Source: Candidatus Levybacteria bacterium RIFCSPHIGHO2_01_FULL_38_26 (GTDB lineage Bacteria > Patescibacteriota > Microgenomatia > Levybacterales > UBA12049). From it: 60,856 nucleotides of DNA. Of the stretch, positions 10,320 to 21,432 are shown one piece after another. Position 1 is the stretch's first letter. Every line of letters starts with the position of its first letter. The stretch spans positions 1 through 60,856 of the forward strand of contig MFNO01000004.1 of NCBI GenBank assembly GCA_001782075.1, written 5' to 3'. The notes under the pieces were generated by a model. That model saw only the letters and a list, made by a program, of their open reading frames with translations. It did no database searches and was not told the origin of the DNA. The translations under genes were made by a program, and so were the position numbers.

Positions 10320-11855
10320 TTATAAATTTTCTGTCCTTGGTCTGTATTGTAGTGCTTCGGCAATGTGGTTTGATTTTATAACTTTAGATTCTTGAAGGTC
10401 TGCGATGGTACGGGCAAGCTTTATGGTGCGTTGATAAGATCTTGCAGAAAGATTCATTTTGGAAACTGCCAGGTGAAGAAGAGATGTGCATTCTTCTGAC
10501 AGGGTGCAGAATTCTTTTATGTCTTTGTTGGTCATCTCGGAATTGGCTGTAATTTTTTTGTTCTCGAATCTTTTGGTTTGAATATCTCGTGCTTTTTGGA
10601 CCCTTTTTCTAACAGTATCCGAAGGCTCAATTTTTATTTTCTTATCCTCAGTGGTTAGCTTTTCCACTTTCACTGCCGGAACATCCAAATGGATGTCAAT
10701 TCTATCAAGAATAGGACCTGAAATGCGCTTTTGATAACGGGTAAGTTCTGAAGCGCTGCATTTGCATTCACGTCTGTTATCCCCAAGATGCCCGCATGGG
10801 CAGGGGTTTTGCGCAGCAATTAACATAAATTTTGCCGGAAAATTTATTCTACCGGAAGACCGAGAAATAGTAATCATTCCATCTTCCATGGGTTGTCTTA
10901 AAGCTTCCAAGACATGACGGGGAAATTCTGGAAATTCGTCCAAAAATAATACGCCTCTATGAGCAAGTGAAATTTCTCCAGGTTTTGGGCTTGTTCCTCC
11001 TCCAATTAGTCCAATATGAGAGGCAGTGTGGTGAGGCGAGCGAAATGGCCGCTTTACAACAAGAGACTCTTTATTGAGAAGTCCGGAGATGCTGTAGATT
11101 TTTGTCACATCAAGAGCTTCTGAGAGGATCAACTTTGGAAGAATTGAAGGCAGGGTTCTAGCAAGAAGGGTTTTTCCGGCGCCCGGGGGCCCTTTGAGCA
11201 AAATATTGTGAGACCCTGCCGCGGCAATTTCCACTGCTCTTTTTGCTTTTTCTTGTCCTTTAATATCCCTAAGATCAAAATCGAATAATTCTTCTTTGAA
11301 ATAGTCTGTAAAATTTATATATCTTTGTGGTTTTATGATTATTTTTGCTCCCGTAAAATGGTGCATAAGCGCTATAAGGTTTGGAACAGGATAGATTTTA
11401 ATTCCTCTAAGAATCGCAGCCTCCGTTGAGTCAACAGAGGGAAGAAAAATTCTTTTAAGTCTTTTTTCTTTTGCCAAAATTGCCTGGGGCAAAACACCGT
11501 TTGTATGCCTTAGTCTTCCATCAAGAGACAGCTCTCCCATAAAAAGAGCGTCTTGAATATCTGTTTTTAACTGGCCTGATGCAATGAGTATGCCAACTGC
11601 AATTGGAAAATCATAAGATGGGCCTTCTTTTGGCAGATCCGCAGGAGCAAGATTTACAGTAATTCTTTTTGCAGGGAATTCGGCGCCAGTATTTTTAATT
11701 GCAGATCTTACGCGTTCTTTTGCTTCCTCAACAGCTTTGTCAGGAAGTCCTACTATTGCAAAGCTGGGAAGTCCTTGATTGGCAATATCTACTTCTACCT
11801 CAACCGGCACAGCATCCAGCCCAACAACTGCAGAGGAATTAACCCTGGCAAGCAT
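10320..11855 (-). CDS. comM: YifB/ComM family Mg-chelatase-like AAA ATPase
   Basis: IVGLPD, NLAPADLPKEG, GPPGAGKT, FRSPHH, LDEFPEF, NPCPCG. Confidence 0.92.
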   Translation of the reverse strand: MLARVNSSAVVGLDAVPVEVEVDIANQGLPSFAIVGLPDKAVEEAKERVRSAIKNTGAEFPAKRITVNLAPADLPKEGPSYDFPIAVGILIASGQLKTDIQDALFMGELSLDGRLRHTNGVLPQAILAKEKRLKRIFLPSVDSTEAAILRGIKIYPVPNLIALMHHFTGAKIIIKPQRYINFTDYFKEELFDFDLRDIKGQEKAKRAVEIAAAGSHNILLKGPPGAGKTLLARTLPSILPKLILSEALDVTKIYSISGLLNKESLVVKRPFRSPHHTASHIGLIGGGTSPKPGEISLAHRGVLFLDEFPEFPRHVLEALRQPMEDGMITISRSSGRINFPAKFMLIAAQNPCPCGHLGDNRRECKCSASELTRYQKRISGPILDRIDIHLDVPAVKVEKLTTEDKKIKIEPSDTVRKRVQKARDIQTKRFENKKITANSEMTNKDIKEFCTLSEECTSLLHLAVSKMNLSARSYQRTIKLARTIADLQESKVIKSNHIAEALQYRPRTENL

Positions 11856-11905
11856 GAGTCTATAATAGCACAATTATGTGCTAGAATAGTTTAGAGCGAT
11901 AATGC

Positions 11906-12454
11906 ATGTTGAAGCTAGCAGTTATCTCACAAGACAAGATTTCATCTGATCAAAAAGAAGAATTACATAAGCTGTTGGAAGAATGTTTTTCTGATGTCTC
12001 CCAGCAATCCAAGCAAGAAGATTTTTTCGCAAGGGGTTTTGCTAGACTATTTGCTTATTAATATTCAAAGGTTGTTGGCACGCTTGAGTTATACAAAAGA
12101 AGTATTGGTTTTGGCGGGGAAAAAATTGTCATTGGCGGAATGGGGGGCGTCTGTGTAGCAGAAAATATGCGAAGGCATAGTATTGCAACGCAAATGCTTA
12201 AGAAAGGTTTAGAAATACTGAAAAAAGAGAAATGCGATATTGCATGTCTTAACGTTGATTTGAAAAAAGACGTACGCAAACTTTACGAGAAAGCTGGATT
12301 CACTTTGATGGATAGGAAAATATCTTATGAAAACAGCAAGGGAGTGATAAAATTTGACAATGGAACAATGTTTGCTCCTATCTTATCTAAGCAAACCTAC
12401 GATTACATCATGAATTCAACAGAAACTTTTCATTATGGGAAGGGTTATTGGTAG
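11906..12454 (+). pseudogene. GNAT acetyltransferase interrupted by an in-frame TAA (12059-12061)
   Basis: Frame from ATG 11906 continues past one TAA into GGMGGVCVAENMRRHSIATQML...LYEKAGF. Confidence 0.7.
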
Positions 12455-12460
12455 GTAAGG

Positions 12461-13183
12461 ATGAAATTGAAAGTTTTATCATGGAATATCTGGCAAGGAA
12501 ATAAGCTTGATTTAATTATCGAGTTTCTTAAAAACGCGAAGGCAGACATTATTGCCTTGCAGGAGGTCATAGAAAAAGACGATACAAATACAGCAGCTAT
12601 AATAGCGGAGGCTTTAGGGTATAAACTAGTGTATTATCCAGCAATTCAAGAAAATACTTTTGGGGTTCCGCAAGGAAATGCAATATTAAGCAAATACCCA
12701 ATTATAGAAAGTAAGCCTCATCTTTTAAGCGATATTAGTCTTTATGTTAATACCCCGGAATCAGAACCAAGAATTGCGGTGGAAACAACAATAAGGGTAA
12801 ATGGAGTAAGTATAAAAGTATTTAGTGTGCATTTGGCGTATTCGCACGCGTTTGGTCCGTCTCGAATGCGAGACTTACAAATTGATAACCTCCTGAAACT
12901 TTTACCACATAGTAGAACCATTCTTATGGGAGATTTTAATTCTTACCCCGATAGTAAGTCGTTAGAGAAGGTAAGTGATGTTATGAAGAACACGGATACA
13001 AAACTTACCGAGCCAACCTGGACAATTTACCCTTTTGATTATGGAGAATTTCGAGAAACAGAACTCCGACATCGCTTGGACTATATTTATGTAAGCAAAG
13101 ATGTGCATGTAGAAAATTTTAGAGTAGAGCAATCAAGAGGATCAGACCATCTTCCCATATCGGCTATAGCCCATGTAAAATAG
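12461..13183 (+). CDS. Endonuclease/exonuclease/phosphatase family protein
   Basis: SWNI, IALQEV, GNAILSKYP, MGDFN, LDYI, SDHLP. Confidence 0.92.
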   Translation: MKLKVLSWNIWQGNKLDLIIEFLKNAKADIIALQEVIEKDDTNTAAIIAEALGYKLVYYPAIQENTFGVPQGNAILSKYPIIESKPHLLSDISLYVNTPESEPRIAVETTIRVNGVSIKVFSVHLAYSHAFGPSRMRDLQIDNLLKLLPHSRTILMGDFNSYPDSKSLEKVSDVMKNTDTKLTEPTWTIYPFDYGEFRETELRHRLDYIYVSKDVHVENFRVEQSRGSDHLPISAIAHVK

Positions 13184-13208
13184 AGAGACTGGGCTTTACT
13201 ATAAGGTG

Positions 13209-13237
13209 TTGACAAAGAAGGAATAGTGTGGTATAAA
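13209..13237 (+). promoter_or_regulatory. Sigma70-type promoter of rpoB
   Basis: TTGACA-17 bp-TATAAA with extended TG. Confidence 0.7.
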
Positions 13238-13326
13238 ATCCAAGTCCTAGACAATACCCTTAAAAGGGAATGCACTTTGTGCATTTTTTTTGTTGATATA
13301 TAGGGTTTTATCCACTGCATTTTCAA

Positions 13327-16300
13327 ATGCCTAAAAAAAACAGCGAAGCACACAACATTATTAGACAAAATTGGGGAAAAGACCATCCATTCTTGCCAAA
13401 ATTGGATCTTCTGGATGTACAAAAACATTCCTATAAATGGTTTATTGAAAAAGGAATAGGCGAAATTCTCAACGAAGTATCTCCAATAGACGACTTTACA
13501 GAAAAAAATTGGAGATTAATTTTTAAAGATTATCGTATAGGCAAACCAACTAACTCTCCTGATGTGGCTTTGGAAAAAGGACTTGTTTACGATGCTCCCT
13601 TGTATGTAAAAGCTACTCTTGTTAATAAAAAAACAAATTCTGAATTAGATCAAGAAGTTTTCTTGGGCGATATTCCACAGATGACCGAAAGAGGCACATT
13701 TATTATAAATGGGGTTGAACGCGCTGTCGTCAATCAGTTGGTTCGTTCCCCCGGTGTGTTCTTCACAACTTTGCAGGATACAGTTACAGGGAAAACACTT
13801 TACAGTGCCGAAATAAGACCAGTGCATGGGTCATGGCTTGAGTTCTCAACTACTAGACACGATACGATAACAGTAAAAATAGACAGACGCAAAAAATTCC
13901 TGGCAACAACTTTCTTGCGGGCTATTGGATTGTCTTCAAATGATGATATTTCCCGAAAATTTGATTCTTTTGAAAAAGACAGCAAGACTTCTTTTATAGA
14001 CAACACTTTGCAAAAAGATGAAAGCGGAAATACAAAAGATGCAATTATAGAGATATTCAAAAGACTTCATCCAGGAGAGCCAATTGTTTTTGAAAAAGTA
14101 AAAGAGAGTCTTGACGGCATGTTTTTCAACAGTAGGCGTTACGACTTAGGAGAAGTTGGCAGATACAAGATAAATAAGAAGCTAAAGACAATTTCTTCCT
14201 TTACTCCCTCGGAGGGTCGCATTTTGACTATTGATGACATTGTGGGAGCGATCAGCTTTCTTATTAACTTGACTAAAGGAATTGGTGAGGTTGATGATAT
14301 AGATAGCCTTGCCAACAGGCGCGTTAGGCGAGTAGGAGAACTTGTTGCTACGACAGCCTTCAGAGTCGGGGTCCTGCGGCTCGAGAGAAGCATCAAGGAA
14401 AGAATGAGCTTGATAGCAGCAGATACTCCTGTTTCTACCTCCCAGCTTATAAACGCTCGTCCAATCATGGCTTCAATTAATGAATTTTTCAGAACTTCTC
14501 AGCTTTCAACTATTTTGGATCAGACTAACCCTCTTTCTGAAGTTGACAATCTAAATCGTTTGACAGTCATGGGAACTGGTGGAATTTCAAGGGAGAGAGC
14601 CGCTTTCTCGATCCGCGATATCAATAGTTCCCAGTATGGAAGAATTTGCCCTATTAGAAGCCCTGAGGGTCCCAATATTGGATTGGTAACTTATATGTCT
14701 TTATATTCTCGGGTTAACCCGTATGGATTTTTGGAAGCTCCTTACAGAAGAGTTGTAAAGAAGAAAGCTGCAGGCAAAGCGCATGTTAAGGCAACAGATG
14801 AGATTGTTTATTTAGACGCGGATGACGAACGTAGGTATTATATAACTCATGAGGGCGTCTTAAGTTCTGATGAGATTTTGCAGGATCGTGTTCCAGCAAG
14901 ATATAAAGGCGCTTTTACAGAAGTAGAAAAAGAGAAAGTTGATTTTATTGATTTGGTGCCGCGGCAGGTGGTTGGTTCTGCGGCAAGCCTTATACCATTT
15001 GTAAATCACGATGAAGCAAATAGAGCCCTGATGGGAACACACATGCAGTGTCAGGCGGTGCCTCTCGTTAGGCCTAAAAGTCCTATTGTAGGGACAGACA
15101 TGGAGAAAACTGTGGCCGAAGTTATGAATAGAGTCGTATATGCGCCATTTGACGGAACGGTTATGTATGCTGACGCCAGAAAAGTGATAATTAGAGGAAA
15201 AAAAGGAGAGGAGGCAAAATACTATATAGACTCATTTAAGAGAACTTCCCAGGCAACTTCCTATACGCAAAAAACAATGGTTGTCACAGGAGAAAAATTC
15301 AAAAAAGGCGATCTTCTTATTGATGGTCCCGCATCAGACGATGGAGAGTTGGCGCTCGGACAAAACCTCTTGATCGCGTATGCCTCGTTGGATGGACTGG
15401 GTTACGAAGATGCGATTGTAATCTCAGATAGGTTAGTTAAAGAGGATATTTTATCGTCTATTCATATTGAGAAGCATGCGGCATCGGTGGTAGAGACAAA
15501 ACTTGGACCCGAGGAAACAACAAGAGATATTCCAAATGTCTCAGAAGAAGACCTAGCGAATCTTGACGAAGAAGGAATTGTTGTGGTAGGGAGCGACGTT
15601 GAGGCTGGAGATATATTAGTTGGGAAAATTGCTCCAAAGGGAGAAACAGAGTTAACAGCAGAGGAGAGACTGCTTAGAGCTATATTTGGAGAGCAGGCAA
15701 GAGAAGTTCGTGATACTTCTCTTCGTATGCCCCATGGAGAGCGAGGTACGGTTATAAACGTCCAAGTGCTGGATCGGAAAAAAGGAGATGAGTTAGAACC
15801 AGGCACGATCCGCAAAATAATTGTTGAAGTAGCTCAATTTAGACACGTTGTAGTTGGGGATAAACTGGCTGGCAGGCATGGCAACAAAGGAGTAATATCA
15901 AAAATCCTTCCGGAAGCTGATATGCCATATCTTGCGGATGGTACACCAGTTGATATTGTTATTTCTCCAATAAGTGTATTGGCCCGTATGAATTTAGGGC
16001 AACTTTTAGAGGCTCATTTGGGGCTCGCTTGCCGTAGGTTAAATATTAAAGTAGGAACTCCGGTATTTGAAGAAATCAAAGAGGCAAGAATTCTTTCGAC
16101 TCTAAGAGAGGCAGGACTTCCTGAAAATGGGAAGATTCAGCTTTTTGATGGAAGAACAGGAGAGCCATATCAAAATCCAGTTGTCGTTGGGATCGAATAT
16201 ATGATGAAATTGATTCATATGGTTGAGGACAAAACACACGCAAGAAGTACCGGTCCATACTCTTTGGTTACGCAGCAGCCATTGGGTGGAAAAGCGCAAA

Positions 16301-16701
16301 TGGGAGGACAGCGTTTGGGAGAGATGGAGGTTTGGGCTCTTGATGCTCATAGAGCAAGATATACATTGCAGGAGATGTTGACAATTAAATCGGACGATGT
16401 TGTGGGTCGAGCTAAGGCATTTGAGGCAATAGTTAAAGGAGTAGATATTCCAACGCCAAGAGTTCCAGAATCATTCAAGGTTTTGATTAAAGAGTTGGCT
16501 TCTCTGGGACTAAATATTATTCCTGAAGGCTTAACAGTTGCCAAAGAAGAAATAGTAACGCCTCCGCTTTCGACTGTTTTGGAGGCCTCAGAAAATCAGG
16601 CTTCTAAAAACGTGGCTAAAACTGAGTCTATAGATAAAACATCATCAGACGTTGCAAAAGAGCTTCAGCAAGAGCTGGGAGGTAAAACAGTAAATGAATA
16701 G
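13327..16701 (+). CDS. rpoB: RNA polymerase beta subunit
   Basis: GTFIING, PEGPNIGL, GDKLAGRHGNKG, GGQRLGEMEVWAL. Confidence 0.99.
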   Translation: MPKKNSEAHNIIRQNWGKDHPFLPKLDLLDVQKHSYKWFIEKGIGEILNEVSPIDDFTEKNWRLIFKDYRIGKPTNSPDVALEKGLVYDAPLYVKATLVNKKTNSELDQEVFLGDIPQMTERGTFIINGVERAVVNQLVRSPGVFFTTLQDTVTGKTLYSAEIRPVHGSWLEFSTTRHDTITVKIDRRKKFLATTFLRAIGLSSNDDISRKFDSFEKDSKTSFIDNTLQKDESGNTKDAIIEIFKRLHPGEPIVFEKVKESLDGMFFNSRRYDLGEVGRYKINKKLKTISSFTPSEGRILTIDDIVGAISFLINLTKGIGEVDDIDSLANRRVRRVGELVATTAFRVGVLRLERSIKERMSLIAADTPVSTSQLINARPIMASINEFFRTSQLSTILDQTNPLSEVDNLNRLTVMGTGGISRERAAFSIRDINSSQYGRICPIRSPEGPNIGLVTYMSLYSRVNPYGFLEAPYRRVVKKKAAGKAHVKATDEIVYLDADDERRYYITHEGVLSSDEILQDRVPARYKGAFTEVEKEKVDFIDLVPRQVVGSAASLIPFVNHDEANRALMGTHMQCQAVPLVRPKSPIVGTDMEKTVAEVMNRVVYAPFDGTVMYADARKVIIRGKKGEEAKYYIDSFKRTSQATSYTQKTMVVTGEKFKKGDLLIDGPASDDGELALGQNLLIAYASLDGLGYEDAIVISDRLVKEDILSSIHIEKHAASVVETKLGPEETTRDIPNVSEEDLANLDEEGIVVVGSDVEAGDILVGKIAPKGETELTAEERLLRAIFGEQAREVRDTSLRMPHGERGTVINVQVLDRKKGDELEPGTIRKIIVEVAQFRHVVVGDKLAGRHGNKGVISKILPEADMPYLADGTPVDIVISPISVLARMNLGQLLEAHLGLACRRLNIKVGTPVFEEIKEARILSTLREAGLPENGKIQLFDGRTGEPYQNPVVVGIEYMMKLIHMVEDKTHARSTGPYSLVTQQPLGGKAQMGGQRLGEMEVWALDAHRARYTLQEMLTIKSDDVVGRAKAFEAIVKGVDIPTPRVPESFKVLIKELASLGLNIIPEGLTVAKEEIVTPPLSTVLEASENQASKNVAKTESIDKTSSDVAKELQQELGGKTVNE

Positions 16702-19700
16702 CAACAGAAAAATGAAAGATATAGCAATTTTGGACTTTAAGAGTCTTAAGATTTTATTGGCAAGCAAAGACGATATATTGTCTTGGTCTTATGGCGAGGT
16801 GACAAAACCTGAAACGATTAATTACAGGACGCTTAGACCCGAAAAAGATGGGCTTTTTGATGAGCGAATTTTTGGTCCTACAAAAGATTGGGAGTGTTAT
16901 TGCGGAAAATATAAAAGAATCAGATACAGAGGAATAATATGTGATAAATGTGGTGTTGAGGTAACCTTATCAAGGGTAAGAAGGGAAAGAATGGGACATG
17001 TGGCTCTTGCCACTCCTATATCGCACGTGTGGTTTTTCAAGAGCTCTTCTTCTCCGTTGTCTCTTGTTTTGGATATATCCCAGAAAAATCTAGAATCTGT
17101 TATATATTATGTTTCTTACCTTGTGGTTGAGATTGATGATAAAAAGAAGAAAGAAGCATTTGAATTGTTTGAAAAAAAAGTAGAAGATAAAAAGCTGCAA
17201 CACAAAGAGGAGATGAAGCGTGAGGAGAAAGAGATTTCTCAGGATATAGAGAGGAGAAAGAAGGAAGTTAAAGCGCGCAAGAGCCCGCGTGAGCAACAGG
17301 CTCTTATCGAACAAGAATTAGAGCTTTTGAAAAGACAAAAGCTAGCCAGTCTTTCAGAGCGCTATGCCATAGAAAACAAAAGACAAGAAGAAGTGTTCGA
17401 CGTAATACTGAGGCTTTTGAAAAGCCTAAGGGTTGGAACTGTTATTTCTGAGGATGAATATTTTAAAATCTTGGAGTATGAAATTCCTGAATTCTTTACA
17501 ATCAAAGCCGGAACAGAGGGAATACTGGACTTATTAAACAAAATAGATCTCTCCTCGCTGATTATTGCTCTTCGAAAAGAGACTGAAAGAGCAAAGGGGC
17601 AGAAGTATCTAAAAATACTTAAAAGACTTCGGCTAGTCGAGTCGATGAGAAGGGCAAATATTAGCCCGTCTCACATGGTTTTTTCTGTTTTGCCAGTTAT
17701 TCCTCCAGATCTTCGTCCAATGGTGCAGTTGTCTGGAGGTCGTTTTGCAACATCTGATCTAAACGACTTGTATAGAAGAGTTATCAACAGGAACAACAGG
17801 CTAAAACATTTGGTTTCGCTTGGCGCTCCTGAAATAATCCTCAAGAACGAGAGAAGAATGCTTCAGGAGGCAGTTGATTCTCTTATAGATAGTTCTCAAA
17901 GAGGTGGGCAGATGGTATCATCGCCGCTTCGCTCTCTCTCAGATATGCTAAAAGGCAAACAGGGACGATTTAGGCAAAACCTTTTGGGAAAAAGAGTAGA
18001 TTATTCTGGTCGTTCTGTTATAGTCGTTGGTCCTCAGCTAAGTCTTTCTCAATGTGGGCTTCCAAAAGAAATGGCTCTTGAGATGTTTAAGCCTTTTGTT
18101 TTGCGAGAGGTTATTATTAGAGGTTTTGCTCCCAATATAAAATCTGCGAAGAGATTTATAGAAAAGAAATCTCCGGAAGTGTTCGATATCTTAGAAGAAA
18201 TTACAAGAAATCACCCAGTTCTTTTGAATCGAGCCCCAACTCTTCACAAGCTTGGTATTCAAGCGTTTTATCCGGTATTGATTGAAGGATCAGCGATTCA
18301 GCTTCATCCGTGTGTATGTGCTGGATATAACGCGGATTTTGACGGAGATCAGATGGCTGTTCATATTCCGTTGTCTTCAAAGGCTCAGGAGGAGGCAATT
18401 AATCTTATGATGCCAAAACATAATCTTTTAAAGCCCGCTGACGGTAGTGTTATAACCCTGCCAAATAAAGAAATGGCGGTTGGAATATATTATCTGACAA
18501 GCATTGATGAGTCCTCTGCGAAAAAAGATCTTCCATACTTTAAGGATACAAAAGAAGCTCTTTTAGCACATGCCCTTTCTTTTATCAAGCTTAGAGAGCC
18601 GATATACGTTCGTATAGCAAATGAGAATATAAAGACTTCTGTTGGTAGAGTTATTCTCAACGAGTATTTACCAGAGAGCCTTGGTTTTATAAATAAATCC
18701 ATTAACGCAACGGGAATTAAGAACATTATTACAGAAGCCATTGCTACTGTTTCTGCCGATGAAATAGAAAAGCTTACGGACTCAATAAAATCGATAGGAT
18801 TCTATGGTGCGACAGTTTCGGGAATATCTATTTCTGTTTTTGACAATCAAATGATTGGCGACCGTAACAAGTTTATAGCAGAGGCTGAAAAAAAGGTATT
18901 AGAAATTGAGAATGACTTCCAAAAAGGTCTTATAACAAATGATGAAAAGAAACGTCTGTCTAATGATGTATGGCTTAAAACTACGGATCGAGTCGCAGAT
19001 CTTACATGGGACGGGTTGGAGTCTGAAAATGCTATTAAAATTATCATTGATTCAGAAGGGGCTCGAGCAGGAAAAGAGCAGTTGAAGCAACTAAGCGCAA
19101 TAAGGGGTCTAATACTTGATCCGTTGGGCAAAATTGTTGAGTTGCCAATTAAGGGAAATTTTAGAGAGGGACTTTCTATTTTTGAGTATGTTGCATCAGC
19201 TAGAGGGTCAAGAAAAGGACTAACTGATTCTGCTCTGAAGACTGCAAATGCAGGGTATTTAACAAGGCGACTTGTGGATGCCTCTCATGATGTAATCGTA
19301 AGAGGGCAGGATTGCGGTACAAAAGATGGGATTATTATAAAAAGGCACGAGAAAGAAAGAACAACTTCGTTTAGAGAAAGAATCTTGGGTCGAGTTGCCG
19401 CTTCAAGCATAACATCTAAAAAAACTAAAAAAGTAATTGTAAAAGCAAATGAAGAGATCATCGGTGAGGTTGCCACAAAGATTGTTGAAAACGGCGTTGA
19501 AGAGATTAATGTAAGATCTCCCATAACCTGTGAGCTTTTACACGGTGTTTGTATATTGTGTTATGGTTGGGACTTTTCTGTGAGAAAAATGGTAGAGGTT
19601 GGGGTGCCTGTGGGAGTTATTGCCGCTCAATCCATTGGAGAACCTGGCACTCAATTGACCATGAGAGTTAGACATTTTGGCGGAGTTGTTATGGCAGATG

Positions 19701-20428
19701 TTACTCAAGGATTGCCAAGAGTGGAGGAGCTGTTTGAGATGAGGACTCCCAAGAATCTATCTCCCATATCTGAGGTATCGGGAAAAGCAGAGGTTGCGAC
19801 AACAGACGGGGGATACATTGTAAAAGTTAAAAATCCAAAAATAAAACTTGATTCAGAAAGAGAATATTTCGTGCCGTTGTCCGCGCGCTTGGCTATTTCA
19901 GATGGCGATGAGTTAAGTCTTGGGAAACAGTTGGCAGAAGGATATCTTGATCCAAAGGAAGTGCTTAAGGTAAAAGGCGTAGTTGATGCGCAGCGCTACA
20001 TTATTACTGAGGCTCAAAAGGTTTACGAATCTCAAGGAATTTCTATTAACGACAAGCATTTTGAGGTAATTTTGCGCAAAATGTCGGACAAAGTAGCTAT
20101 AGAAACAGTAGGTGATACTTCGTTAATTCCTGGCGCCTTTATAACAAAGACAAAATTTGAAACAATTAATGCAGAGGTTCTTTCGCAAGGCGGGGAACCT
20201 GCCACCGGCAGGCGGGCGATCCTGGGGATCACAAAATCTGCTTTATATTCTGATTCTTGGCTTTCTGCGGCATCCTTTCAAGAGACCACAAAAGTATTAA
20301 CCGACGCGGCGTTGGAGGGCAGAAAAGACGATCTGGTAGGACTAAAAGAGAATGTCATTATTGGAAGACTCATTCCTGTTGACTCCGATCAAATCGGGGT
20401 TGAAGGCAATGCCCCAGATGAGGTATAA
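16694..20428 (+). CDS. rpoC: RNA polymerase beta' subunit
   Basis: KPETINYRT, Zn finger, [27 protein letters not shown]. Confidence 0.99.
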   Translation: MNSNRKMKDIAILDFKSLKILLASKDDILSWSYGEVTKPETINYRTLRPEKDGLFDERIFGPTKDWECYCGKYKRIRYRGIICDKCGVEVTLSRVRRERMGHVALATPISHVWFFKSSSSPLSLVLDISQKNLESVIYYVSYLVVEIDDKKKKEAFELFEKKVEDKKLQHKEEMKREEKEISQDIERRKKEVKARKSPREQQALIEQELELLKRQKLASLSERYAIENKRQEEVFDVILRLLKSLRVGTVISEDEYFKILEYEIPEFFTIKAGTEGILDLLNKIDLSSLIIALRKETERAKGQKYLKILKRLRLVESMRRANISPSHMVFSVLPVIPPDLRPMVQLSGGRFATSDLNDLYRRVINRNNRLKHLVSLGAPEIILKNERRMLQEAVDSLIDSSQRGGQMVSSPLRSLSDMLKGKQGRFRQNLLGKRVDYSGRSVIVVGPQLSLSQCGLPKEMALEMFKPFVLREVIIRGFAPNIKSAKRFIEKKSPEVFDILEEITRNHPVLLNRAPTLHKLGIQAFYPVLIEGSAIQLHPCVCAGYNADFDGDQMAVHIPLSSKAQEEAINLMMPKHNLLKPADGSVITLPNKEMAVGIYYLTSIDESSAKKDLPYFKDTKEALLAHALSFIKLREPIYVRIANENIKTSVGRVILNEYLPESLGFINKSINATGIKNIITEAIATVSADEIEKLTDSIKSIGFYGATVSGISISVFDNQMIGDRNKFIAEAEKKVLEIENDFQKGLITNDEKKRLSNDVWLKTTDRVADLTWDGLESENAIKIIIDSEGARAGKEQLKQLSAIRGLILDPLGKIVELPIKGNFREGLSIFEYVASARGSRKGLTDSALKTANAGYLTRRLVDASHDVIVRGQDCGTKDGIIIKRHEKERTTSFRERILGRVAASSITSKKTKKVIVKANEEIIGEVATKIVENGVEEINVRSPITCELLHGVCILCYGWDFSVRKMVEVGVPVGVIAAQSIGEPGTQLTMRVRHFGGVVMADVTQGLPRVEELFEMRTPKNLSPISEVSGKAEVATTDGGYIVKVKNPKIKLDSEREYFVPLSARLAISDGDELSLGKQLAEGYLDPKEVLKVKGVVDAQRYIITEAQKVYESQGISINDKHFEVILRKMSDKVAIETVGDTSLIPGAFITKTKFETINAEVLSQGGEPATGRRAILGITKSALYSDSWLSAASFQETTKVLTDAALEGRKDDLVGLKENVIIGRLIPVDSDQIGVEGNAPDEV

Positions 20429-20439
20429 TAAGTACTCTT

Positions 20440-20907
20440 ATGCCTACTTTGTCACAGCTCACAAAAAAAGGAAGGTCAAAAAAAATTAAGAAGAGCAGAT
20501 CGACAGCTTTGCGTCGGCTTTTTAATGCAAGGGAGAGAAAATATAAAAATATTGTATCTCCTCAAAAAAGAGGAGTAGTTACTTTGGTAAAAACTATGAC
20601 TCCCAAAAAGCCAAACTCGGCGCTTAGAAAAGTTGCCAGAGTTAGGCTTTCTAACAAAATGGAAGTTACTGCCTATATTCAAGGAGTAGGTCATTCTCTT
20701 TCAGAACACGGGATAGTTCTAGTGAGAGGGGGAAGAGTAAAGGATTTGCCGGGAGTAAAATACCATATAGTTCGCGGCAAGTTTGATCTTTTGGGCGTTG
20801 AAGGAAGAAAGACATCTAGAAGTAAGTACGGAGCGAAAAAAGGTGGGGCGGCAGCGCCAAGAGTTGTAGCAGGAGCTACTACTACTGCGGCAGCGCCAGC
20901 AGCATAA
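20440..20907 (+). CDS. rpsL: 30S ribosomal protein S12 with Ala-rich C-terminal extension
   Basis: [19 protein letters not shown]. Confidence 0.98.
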   Translation: MPTLSQLTKKGRSKKIKKSRSTALRRLFNARERKYKNIVSPQKRGVVTLVKTMTPKKPNSALRKVARVRLSNKMEVTAYIQGVGHSLSEHGIVLVRGGRVKDLPGVKYHIVRGKFDLLGVEGRKTSRSKYGAKKGGAAAPRVVAGATTTAAAPAA

Positions 20908-20911
20908 AATT

Positions 20912-21385
20912 ATGAGGCATAAAAAGACGAAAAAAAGAATTATTGAGCCTGACGCAATTTACAAGAATAGGTTAGTTACGCAATTTGTTAACTACTTGAT
21001 GAAAAGCGGCAAAAAAACAGTTGCCGAGAATCTAGTTTATAAATCGTTCGATATCTTATCAAAAGACAGCAAGGACCCTATTGCTGTTTTTGAACAAGCG
21101 CTTCAGAATGTTGGTCCGAAACAGGAAGTGAAAGCACGAAGAGTAGGTGGAGCGTCTTATCAGATACCAGTTGAGATAAGGGGAGAGAGAAGAATGTCTC
21201 TTGCAATGCGTTGGATAATACAAGCCGCAAGATCAAGATCCAATAAAGAATTTCATAGTTTTTCAGATAAACTTGCAATAGAGCTTATGGAGGCTTCGGA
21301 TAACAGAGGAGAAGCAATTAAAAAACGGGATATTGCTCATAGAATGGCGCAAGCCAACAAAGCTTTCGCGCACTTCAGGTGGTAG
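20912..21385 (+). CDS. rpsG: 30S ribosomal protein S7
   Basis: RRVGGASYQIPVE, HRMAQANKAFAHFRW. Confidence 0.98.
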   Translation: MRHKKTKKRIIEPDAIYKNRLVTQFVNYLMKSGKKTVAENLVYKSFDILSKDSKDPIAVFEQALQNVGPKQEVKARRVGGASYQIPVEIRGERRMSLAMRWIIQAARSRSNKEFHSFSDKLAIELMEASDNRGEAIKKRDIAHRMAQANKAFAHFRW

Positions 21386-21432
21386 TCTCCTCAATTGATG
21401 TTTTCTTCTTTTTTTCCTATACTTAGTGCCTT

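Noticed and set aside
12059-12061. Stop-codon reassignment
   Set aside because: A single case; TAA, TAG and TGA all terminate other genes at expected positions
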